Shown here: piece by piece, positions 57,601-64,000 of the stretch
Position numbering within the stretch: position 1 is the first letter of the stretch
Layout of the letters: every line of letters begins with the position of its first letter
Source: Calditrichia bacterium
Lineage (GTDB): Bacteria; Calditrichota; Calditrichia; RBG-13-44-9; J075
NCBI GenBank assembly: GCA_050633245.1
Contig: JBOEGD010000018.1
Location: forward strand, 188,084-252,083
DNA: 64,000 nt
Direction: 5' to 3'
Program-made: the position numbers and the translations under genes
Notes under the pieces: generated by a model
Database searches by the model: none
What the model was told of the DNA's origin: nothing
Seen by the model: the letters and a program-made list of their open reading frames with translations, nothing else

Positions 57601-60600
57601 GCGCAGCCTACCGCTATTTCCGATGCGCCTACTGCGCAAATCGCCATAACCGCACCGGCAGGAAGTGTGCAAAATATAGTACAGCAGCAGCTGCAGCTTA
57701 TGCAGCAACAGCTTCAGCTCCTTGGTGGAGCACCAATTGAGGCAGTAGCTTCTGTTGCACCAACACAGGGAAATACACTTGCTCAGGAAGCATCTGGTGC
57801 CGGTAAATCAGCAACTACTACCACTCCTTCAGCACCACCCGCTGAAGCTAAAAAAGGTGATGGAGCTGCGCATGGTCCCTGGAAGCCGGTTCAGCGAAAA
57901 CGTGCCAGTGAGTATACCGATCGCCAGATTAATGCGCTGGAAAAACTGATTATAGACTACACCACGAAAACACGTGGTTCTAAGGAACTCACAGAATCGC
58001 AGCGTCCACGTTTAGCCGATCCGCGGGCGATATCAGGATTTCGACATGTCTGGAAGGAAATGATTTATCAAATTGCCGGTGTGCGCTCGAAAGGATGCCG
58101 CGTTTGGGATATCGATGATAATGAGTATATCGATCTAAATATGGGATTTGGCATCAATTTCTTTGGCCATTCTCCGGATTTTGTGATTAAAGCGATTGAG
58201 GAGCAGCTTGCAAAGGGAATCGAGCTTGGTGTTTTAACGCCACTGGCTAAAGACGTTGCCGAGTTGATCTGCGAGCTAACCGGAATGGAGCGAGTTAACT
58301 TTGTGAATACCGGCTCTGAGGCCGTATCGGCGGCAGTTCGTGCGGCACGTACTGCTTCCGGCCGCGATCGGATTGCGGTTTTCCGTAAGGACTATCACGG
58401 AATTTCCGATGAGCTTCTGGTTCGTCCGGTAGACCTGGGCGGCAAACGAATTTCCAAACCTGTTTCTCCCGGTATACCAGACTTCTTGGTTGAAAACGTT
58501 ATCATACTCGATTATGATGATAGCTGTATCGACGTTATTCGTGAACATGCGGATGATCTGGCTGGCGTGATCTTTGAGCCTGTTCCGGCACACGATCCTG
58601 CATTTCAGCCACGCGAAATTATCCACAAAGTACGTGAGGTAACGCGCGAACTTGATATTGCCATGATATTTGACGAGCTGATCACCGGATTCCGACTTCA
58701 CCCTCGTGGTGCACAGGGATTCTACGATGTCGATGTTGATATCTGCGCCTATGGAAAAATTGTCTGTGGTGGTTTGCCGATGGCAGCAGTAGCCGGAAGT
58801 GCAAAATATATGAATGCTTTTGATGGTGGTCTATGGCAGTTTGGAGACGATTCTTATCCTGAAGGCGGAGTAACATTCTTTGGCGGAACTTTTGTTCGAC
58901 ATCCGCTATGTCTTTCCAGCTCGAGGGCTGTGTTACAAAAAATGGCCGATAATGGTACAAAGCTGCACGATGACCTGAATGCTAAAACGGCTGATTTTTC
59001 AAAAAAGGTGAACGCGATCTTCAAACGTCTCGAAGTTCCTATGGAAATGGTCACCTGCGCCTCAATGATACTTATCCGCTTTATAGAAGACGGCCCGTTT
59101 AATCCGTTGTTTTGGTTTTTTCTGCGCCTGAATGGCGTTCTTTTCCGTGACCGTTCGGGCTTTCTATGCGTCGACCATTCAGAAGAGGACTTGAAAGAAG
59201 TGCTTAACGCGATCGAAAAGTCGGTGCTGGATATGAAAGCTTCTGGTTTTGTACCGGGGCAGGATCTGGGGGAAGACGAAGCCGCTGCAATTGCCCACCT
59301 CAATGGCAACTCAGATAGTATGTCGCTTACGCCTTCACAAATGGAAATCTGGTTGGCAAGTCAGCTCGGAGAAAAAGCCTCCTGCGCATTTAACCTGTCC
59401 TCAAGAATTTCTCTTCAGGGAGATTTTGATATTTCTCTTTTACAGAAGGCTCTGGACGATCTATGTGGGCGCCATGAGGCGCTTCGCACAACCTTTCAAG
59501 CCGATGGCGAAAGACAGATTGTTGCGCAGGCGATAAAGCTAAAGCTGCCGTTTACCGATCTCTCTGAGTTAGATCGCAGCACCTCGGAAGAAGTACTGCG
59601 TGAAATGTGCGAAGAAGATGCCCGTACGGCATTCGATTTGGAAAATGGGCCCTTGGTTCGTTTTCAGGTCATTCGATCGCGCCCGAATCAACATGAAATT
59701 ATTGTTACAGCCCATCATATTATTTGCGATGGCTGGTCTTTTGGCATCGTTTTAAAAGATTTGGCTGCACTTTATTCCGCTCATGAAATGGACGGATACC
59801 CAAGCCTTGAAGCGCCGCTACAGTTTCGCGATTTTGTAGCTATCCGCGATGAAAACCTGGAAATTGTGGGAACTGCTTCCTCCGATTTCTGGCATGCACG
59901 CTACGCTGAAGATATTCCTGTTCTCGAACTGCCAACGGACAGACCCAGACCGCGAACGAAGTCTTATGTCGGTGGCTATAAGCGAAAAACACTCAGTTCT
60001 GAGCTCTTTTCGAAAATTCAGAAATTGGCTACGGAAAAGCGCAGCACCACTTTTGGTGTGTTAATGGCTGCGTATGGTGTATTGCTTAGTCGATTGTCCG
60101 GTCAGGAAGATGTTGTGGTTGGCTTAGCCGCTGCGGGGCAAACGGCAATTGGCAAAAAGGAAGTAGTTGGGCATTGCGTAACGCTACTGCCAATGCGCTT
60201 GCAGGTGCCGTGGAAAAACAGCTTCTCCTCCTATTTTGATCAGGTGAAAAGCGAGCTGATGGAAGCCTATGATCACCAGGATTATACCTTTGGCGATTTG
60301 CTCTCTTCGCTTGGTGTAGATCGGGACCCATCTCGTCTTCCATTGGTGTCGACAATGATTACATATGAAACCGGTTCAGAAAAACTACACTTTGGCGACT
60401 TGAAAACAGCAATTTGCCCTAATCCCAAAGGATACTGCAATTTTGATCTGGAGCTGTACCTGATGGAAGATAAGGGCGAGTTGACGCTGCGCTTTGAATA
60501 CAATTCCGATCTATTTGATAGCAACACTATCGACCGCTGGCTGTCTCATTACAATACCATCCTTGAAGCGGCCTGTTCTAACGTTGATGAAGAAATTGGT

Positions 60601-62505
60601 CAGCTGCCGTTAATTGCCACGTCAGAGCTGCATCGCATGCTGTACGGTTGGAACGATACGTTGATGACTTATCCTGCTGAGCGTGGATTGCATGAAATTT
60701 TCGAAGAGCAAGTTGACATGTTGGGAGCAACAACCAAGGCAGCCGTTTTTACAGACGGTTCGGGAAAATCGACGTCTCTGACGTACTCTGAGCTCGATGA
60801 ACGATCGAATCGACTGGCAAACTATCTTGTTAAAAATGGAATGCGGGCGGGAGATTTTGTCGGAGTCTATTTAAATCGCAGTCCGAAAATGCTTATCAGC
60901 TTATTGGGAATTCTAAAGGCTGGCGCAGCTTATGTACCTCTCGATCCCTCTTTCCCGAAAGATCGCGTCAGCTTTATGATCGAAGATTCCGGTATGACAT
61001 TTATCCTTACCACATCCGACCTTGCTGAAGATATTCAACAGTCGGCAGTTACTGTGGTGCAAGTAGATCAGGATGCGCAAAAAATATCCCGTGCTGCCAA
61101 GAGACGTAAAAAACTGCCTATCGACCCGGAACGCCTTGCCTATCTGATATATACATCCGGGTCTACCGGTAAACCGAAAGGCGTGCAGATTGCCCATCAC
61201 AGCGTGGTGAACTTTCTGATGACCATGGCGACTGAAAGACCTGGCATGACGCGAGACGATGTTCTACTTGCGTTAACAACAATTTCATTCGACATTTCGG
61301 TTCTGGAGTTATTCCTGCCCCTTTCAACCGGAGCAACTGTTGTTGTTGCGCCATCTGATACCCAACAGAATGCTACCAAAATATCCAAGCTTCTCGAAGA
61401 GCATAACTGCACAATGATGCAGGCAACACCCACGAATTGGGCGATGCTTTTTGAAGCGGGTTGGAAGGGCAAAAAGGGACTTAAAGCGCTTAGTGGCGGC
61501 GAGGCTTTGACGCCTGAGCTCGTAGGCAAACTCTTGGAATCCTGTGGAGAGGTTTGGAACATGTATGGCCCGACGGAAACGACAATCTGGTCTTCGGTAA
61601 GCAAAATAGAGTCTGCTCTAGAGGCAATTACAATTGGTTCACCAATTGGAAACAATTACCTCTATGTTCTGGATAAAAATAGAAATCCGCAGCCGGTTGG
61701 CGTCCCGGGAGAACTGTATATCGGTGGACGGGGCTTAGCCGTTGGATACCTGAACAGAAAAGACCTGACCAACGATCGCTTTGTAGACGTTCAGCTTCCC
61801 GGAGAAATGAAGCTACAGCGATTGTATCGCACCGGAGATTTGGTACGATGGACCGTGAATGGCGAACTTGAATTTGCCGGGCGGATAGATCATCAGGTTA
61901 AGCTGCGTGGCTATCGCATTGAACTCGGTGAAATAGAGAGTCTGCTCAATGAAATTCCGGAGGTCGATCGTGCAGTTGTAGCGGTAAAAGAATGGGGGCC
62001 GGGCGATCGCAGACTTGCCGCCTACGTCTTGAAAACAGCTGCTAACGGATTTCAACTTGATAGAGCAAAGGATCATCTTCGAAGCAGATTACCGGAATAT
62101 ATGATTCCCTCATCAATCGTTTCGGTAGACACATTTCCACTAACGCCGAATGGTAAGATTGATCGCAATGCCCTGCCGCTTCCCGGTTTTCAGACAGAGA
62201 GCCATTCGAAAGGCTACACGGAACCACGCAGTGAAACAGAAACTGCATTACAGCAGATTTGGCAGGAGGTGCTTGGCTTTGATAAGATCGGAATTACCGA
62301 TGATTTCTTTGATATCGGCGGACACTCACTATTGGCAACACGTGTAATAATGAAAGTAAATAAACAATTCAATACTGAACTTCTGTTCTCTGCACTTTTT
62401 GAATATGTTACAATCGGTCAATTAGCCGAAGTAATCGATCAAATTGTAAATGAGCAGCAACTTACCATTCCACAGTACGATAATCTGGTGGAAGGGAGTC
62501 TTTAA
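51661..62505 (+). CDS. Hybrid NRPS/PKS: A-PCP-sulfotransferase-KS-AT-ACP-class III aminotransferase-C-A-PCP
   Basis: A1 HTSGSTGTPKG/YGPTE/YRTGD; PCP LGGDSL; ST APPRSGTTLL and RHPYAMVSS; KS QTACS/HGTGT/KTNIGHL; AT GHSMG; ACP LGFDSL; AMT FDELITGFR/YGK; C HHIICDG; A2 YTSGSTGKPKG; PCP IGGHSL. Confidence 0.93.
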   Translation: MSKLSKKHFTYLNTLNKTNTSIEHTTFAQDQIAEFAVKFPNRIAVESLNESLSYKQLMSRADRVAAVLRSNDVSAGDYVGIWMERSPQMVVAILAILRVGAAYVPLDPVYPEKRLHFILEDTASKIVLTESRFKQQLEKKSLIIICEDDLPEEKHLSTSLPKNYNSANPVYIIHTSGSTGTPKGVPVSQRNLQHSTAARAEYYDGQVEKFLLLSSFSFDSSVAGIFWTLTQGGTLCLPKSGVEQDAHRIAEHVKYFKPTHMLALPSLYALILEQTQPAQLNSLKHVIVAGEACPPALCHLHAQKLPETRLYNEYGPTEASVWSTVFEISKGFDGDIVPIGKPVANTRVFILNEKLEPVAQGEAGELYIGGEGVTGGYLNRDELTIERFIKVPAPLADYLQEHQRNAMLYRTGDKVLCNFDGFLEFHGRVDQQIKLRGYRIEPGEIEACLQSVNLVTEAVVLLREDRPGIKRLVGYVLAGGKKPEAVELRAHLRKSLPDHMVPTSFMMLDEFPRIPNGKVDRNAFSAPDRGRPPLEQAYVAPQNELEKQLHKLWCDTLDLEEIGVNDPFFDLGGDSLLAARFVGNLQQLLDEPIFVVTLFSAPTISTYASFLLRDYKKSVARWLGISDYDSSTDPKKHTLQDDDLKRFQSIIPTLSLEASASEDSKKNPRAMFILAPPRSGTTLLRVMLAGHPQLFAANELQLLGFQTMAERSKAYSGKFSLWLDGLIRTVMALQNCTADEARSIIAAYEQQGFTTQQMFGQLQEWIGEAILVDKSPQYALDVNALHKAEKDFAEPLYIQLVRHPYAMVSSFRKRRMEQVVYLDEHSFNARETGELVWLESHRVVGNFLKDIPSNRKVVLRYEDLVTRPKEVLRGLCDAFFLPFDEAVLNPYHNLDNKMIDGVYSDSTPMGDPKFMEQRGINPALADSWKGVEKDNFLSDMTWKLAESHGYERPKTSIPVSKSISSSTGDIAIVGMAGRLPGADSIDAFWDNLKQGIEAIQPLSDEALLSSGVDIETLKNPLYVKAGASAADIAGFDAGFFGFHKREAEMMDPQHRMFLEGAWSALEHAGYDPERYEGDIGVFGGVARNSYLTANMLTHQQYREGVGEYISTLGSEKDFPATRVAHKLNLRGPAMSVQTACSTTGVAIHLASQSLRYGDCNMAIVGGCRVQVPNDVGYFHLEGGPLSPDGHLRAFDAAAKGMVKASGGAFLVLKPLADAQRDGDTIHAVLKASAINNDGSDKAGFTAPGVAGQARVVQQAIERAGVSPETIGYLEAHGTGTVLGDPIEVAALTKAWRKHTDKKEFCALGSVKTNIGHLDAGACAASVIKTVLALQHKKIPANLHFNSPNPQLDLPNSPFFVNNSLIDWPAAEHPRRAGVSSLGLGGTNAHLILEEAPEIEAVPSERKSFLLVVSARTEVALMAARVNLANHLERHPEINLADVSHTLLNGRKLFDERAAFAVESHEHAAHLLRNAAPHQMIRLTQPRIERRVAFLFAGGGAQYLRMGQDLYQEEPTFREAVDLCAEILRPLIDRDIREVLFPSVTDKDDDASKGMETPSLALPALFTIQFACAKLWMSWGVAPTAMIGHSMGEYTAACLAGVFSLTDALALITLRGQLFETLAAGSMLSVPLTENELTTHLGNDLSFAAINRSDSCVVSGPTPQIKALQQKLESNDIECTLLRISVAAHSAMVEPILAPFRKFLEGVTFNAPKLRFVSNLSGTWITAEEAKNPDYWVKHLRQTVRFADGLSCLLQDEQCVLLEVGPGRTLSSFARQHPAKKDTHIIGSTLRHPREQVPDLPFLLNNVGLLWAANAALNWQEFLGAGRRRVPLPTYPFERKRYWIEPLINAASISDDSSSGIETISVTEDQIVTNQPNIPPRSERIGDELQRIIHELSGVDMKAIARDTSFLELGFDSLFLTQANSAFQKLFKVKISFRQLFEEAPTINMLAAFIDQKMPADAFPAPTPEPVAAPSAPAAPMAQPTAISDAPTAQIAITAPAGSVQNIVQQQLQLMQQQLQLLGGAPIEAVASVAPTQGNTLAQEASGAGKSATTTTPSAPPAEAKKGDGAAHGPWKPVQRKRASEYTDRQINALEKLIIDYTTKTRGSKELTESQRPRLADPRAISGFRHVWKEMIYQIAGVRSKGCRVWDIDDNEYIDLNMGFGINFFGHSPDFVIKAIEEQLAKGIELGVLTPLAKDVAELICELTGMERVNFVNTGSEAVSAAVRAARTASGRDRIAVFRKDYHGISDELLVRPVDLGGKRISKPVSPGIPDFLVENVIILDYDDSCIDVIREHADDLAGVIFEPVPAHDPAFQPREIIHKVREVTRELDIAMIFDELITGFRLHPRGAQGFYDVDVDICAYGKIVCGGLPMAAVAGSAKYMNAFDGGLWQFGDDSYPEGGVTFFGGTFVRHPLCLSSSRAVLQKMADNGTKLHDDLNAKTADFSKKVNAIFKRLEVPMEMVTCASMILIRFIEDGPFNPLFWFFLRLNGVLFRDRSGFLCVDHSEEDLKEVLNAIEKSVLDMKASGFVPGQDLGEDEAAAIAHLNGNSDSMSLTPSQMEIWLASQLGEKASCAFNLSSRISLQGDFDISLLQKALDDLCGRHEALRTTFQADGERQIVAQAIKLKLPFTDLSELDRSTSEEVLREMCEEDARTAFDLENGPLVRFQVIRSRPNQHEIIVTAHHIICDGWSFGIVLKDLAALYSAHEMDGYPSLEAPLQFRDFVAIRDENLEIVGTASSDFWHARYAEDIPVLELPTDRPRPRTKSYVGGYKRKTLSSELFSKIQKLATEKRSTTFGVLMAAYGVLLSRLSGQEDVVVGLAAAGQTAIGKKEVVGHCVTLLPMRLQVPWKNSFSSYFDQVKSELMEAYDHQDYTFGDLLSSLGVDRDPSRLPLVSTMITYETGSEKLHFGDLKTAICPNPKGYCNFDLELYLMEDKGELTLRFEYNSDLFDSNTIDRWLSHYNTILEAACSNVDEEIGQLPLIATSELHRMLYGWNDTLMTYPAERGLHEIFEEQVDMLGATTKAAVFTDGSGKSTSLTYSELDERSNRLANYLVKNGMRAGDFVGVYLNRSPKMLISLLGILKAGAAYVPLDPSFPKDRVSFMIEDSGMTFILTTSDLAEDIQQSAVTVVQVDQDAQKISRAAKRRKKLPIDPERLAYLIYTSGSTGKPKGVQIAHHSVVNFLMTMATERPGMTRDDVLLALTTISFDISVLELFLPLSTGATVVVAPSDTQQNATKISKLLEEHNCTMMQATPTNWAMLFEAGWKGKKGLKALSGGEALTPELVGKLLESCGEVWNMYGPTETTIWSSVSKIESALEAITIGSPIGNNYLYVLDKNRNPQPVGVPGELYIGGRGLAVGYLNRKDLTNDRFVDVQLPGEMKLQRLYRTGDLVRWTVNGELEFAGRIDHQVKLRGYRIELGEIESLLNEIPEVDRAVVAVKEWGPGDRRLAAYVLKTAANGFQLDRAKDHLRSRLPEYMIPSSIVSVDTFPLTPNGKIDRNALPLPGFQTESHSKGYTEPRSETETALQQIWQEVLGFDKIGITDDFFDIGGHSLLATRVIMKVNKQFNTELLFSALFEYVTIGQLAEVIDQIVNEQQLTIPQYDNLVEGSL

Positions 62506-64000
62506 ATGAACAACGCCTCTTTTTATGAACTTCTTGCCGACGGCCTGCAGCTATGGCTAAAAGGTGAACAAATTGGTTTTAAAGTATTTCAGGGTAAGCT
62601 ATCACCAGAGCTTCGCGAAAAGCTTGTCGCTGCAAAACCCGACCTTTTGCGGACGCTCTTGCCGGGACGTCGCTATTCACTCTGCTCCTTTCCTCAGCAA
62701 CGGTTGTGGTTTTTGGAACAGTTTGAGGGAGCCAGTCCGGTTTATAATATTCACGCCACGCATATGTTGTGCGGCAAGCTTAATATGTCGGCCCTTCAGC
62801 AAAGCGTCGATCGTCTGATTCAGCGCCATGAGGCGTTCAGAACCTCTTTTCATGCACTGGATGGTCAACCCTATCAGCAAATTCACGATAGCATGATGTT
62901 GCAAATCCCGGTTAAGGACTTAAGTGCTGAGAGCGAAGCGAACCAGCCAGCAAAACTTCAGCAGTTACTGGTTGAAGAGGTAGAAACGGAGTTTGAACTC
63001 GAAACAGCACCGCTTATTCGGGTGAAGCTGTATAAGCTTGCCGAAGAGAAACATGCCTTATTGATTCTTACTCATCATATAATTTTTGACGGCTGGTCGC
63101 TTGGATTAACGATAAATGAATTAAGCGCAAACTACAGTGCGATTTGTGCCGGAGAAGATTCTGAGACCACAATGCCGGGCGTCCAGTACTCCGACCATGT
63201 AATGTGGCAGCGGGAATGGTTCCTTGGAGACGGTGCGCAAAGGCAATTAGACTATTGGACGGAAAAGCTTTCCGGTGAACTTGCTCCACTGGAGTTACCC
63301 TACGATAAGCCGCGCCCACCGATTCAAAGCATCGATGGAGATGTTGAATTCGATCGTTTTGAAGCTGATCTTATTCAGAAAATGTCTGAACGTGCGCGTC
63401 AGGAAAACGTGTCGCTGTTTATGTTTCTTGTAACGGCGGTGAACGTTTTAATCATGCGCTATTCCAATCAGGAAGACATTCTGCTTGGAATGCCGGTAGC
63501 AAACCGCAAACGTAAGGAGGTCGAATCGATTGTTGGATATTTTGCCAATACTCTGGTGTTGCGCAACGATTTATCCGGAAACCCGACTTTCAGCGAAATG
63601 TTACAGCGGGTTCGCGCTGTTTGTCTGGAAGCATTCAATAACGAAGACACGCCGTTTGAGCAAATTGTGGGTGTGCTTCAGCCAGAGCGTGATCGCAGCC
63701 GCACACCAATCTTTCAGGCGATGGTGAGTTACGATGAAACCGCCAGCCACGCCCGAAGTATGGGGGAGTTGACGATGGAACGCCTTTCAGTAGAGCGGAA
63801 GGTCGCTCGAACTGATTTGGCAATTTGGCTGACCAAAGAGTCCGATCATATTCGCTTTGCATTTGAATACGCATCTCACTTGTTTGAGCGCAACACAATT
63901 AAACGACTGGTTGCCGGGATGAAATCCCTTGCTGAAGCAGCTGCCGCCGACACGTCTATCGCCATCAGTGAGCTGCCTGTTATGCCTGCGCAGGAAGAAG
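62506..64000 (+). CDS. NRPS (partial): N-terminal TubC-type beta-hairpin docking domain + condensation domain
   Basis: Absent from the ORF track because it has no stop in the window. ATG directly follows the upstream TAA; translates MNNASFYELLADGLQLWLKGEQIGFKVFQGKLSPELREKL...SFPQQRLWFLEQ...RHEAFRTSF...HHIIFDGWS...LELPYDKPRP. Confidence 0.9.
   Translation, partial: MNNASFYELLADGLQLWLKGEQIGFKVFQGKLSPELREKLVAAKPDLLRTLLPGRRYSLCSFPQQRLWFLEQFEGASPVYNIHATHMLCGKLNMSALQQSVDRLIQRHEAFRTSFHALDGQPYQQIHDSMMLQIPVKDLSAESEANQPAKLQQLLVEEVETEFELETAPLIRVKLYKLAEEKHALLILTHHIIFDGWSLGLTINELSANYSAICAGEDSETTMPGVQYSDHVMWQREWFLGDGAQRQLDYWTEKLSGELAPLELPYDKPRPPIQSIDGDVEFDRFEADLIQKMSERARQENVSLFMFLVTAVNVLIMRYSNQEDILLGMPVANRKRKEVESIVGYFANTLVLRNDLSGNPTFSEMLQRVRAVCLEAFNNEDTPFEQIVGVLQPERDRSRTPIFQAMVSYDETASHARSMGELTMERLSVERKVARTDLAIWLTKESDHIRFAFEYASHLFERNTIKRLVAGMKSLAEAAAADTSIAISELPVMPAQEE

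Noticed and set aside
57670-57720. CAG-rich poly-Gln stretch in the megasynthase as a repeat element
   Set aside because: A QQQLQLMQQQL helix between ACP and aminotransferase is a normal linker in McyE-type modules
1-64000. CRISPR arrays, tRNA/rRNA genes, IS elements
   Set aside because: No regularly spaced repeats, RNA-gene signatures or transposase ORFs found by eye; intergenic gaps are short apart from 50199-50790

Overview
Bacterial genomic window, apparently from a diderm, flagellated organism (FlgH/FlgI, TonB-dependent receptor, beta-propeller sensor kinase; an FCB-group-like lineage is my inference). It has five blocks. (1) 1-11245: flagellar cluster (flhG, fliA, two degenerate signalling proteins, then a sigma-54-driven flgFGAHIJ-flgN-flgKL operon with no flgM in its usual slot). 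(2) 11272-24232: a glycan-modification island directly after flgL, with a GNAT, two sulfotransferases, two DegT-family proteins, a 2135-aa MT-GT2-TPR-sulfotransferase-GT2-GT4-GT2-TPR fusion and a GT2-TPR; this points to a sulfated amino-sugar flagellar or surface glycan. (3) 24219-37090: mixed genes, including an AhpD/TetR pair with clear operators, a Septu-like PtuA/PtuB defence pair, fatty-acid degradation genes, an M1 peptidase and a NUDIX hydrolase. (4) 37143-50198: TonB-dependent receptor, FabG/PhaB-like SDR, a kinase/RR-PP2C/RR module and an antiporter-PTS EIIA fusion. (5) 50743-64000: the start of a biosynthetic cluster, with an Sfp PPTase, a 3614-aa hybrid A-PCP-sulfotransferase-KS-AT-ACP-aminotransferase-C-A-PCP, and a downstream NRPS cut off by the window end. 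The strongest candidates for undescribed systems are the sulfotransferase-containing NRPS/PKS and the sulfating flagellar glycosylation island. I saw no rRNA, tRNA, CRISPR array or transposase. All assignments come from reading motifs by eye; no database search was run.
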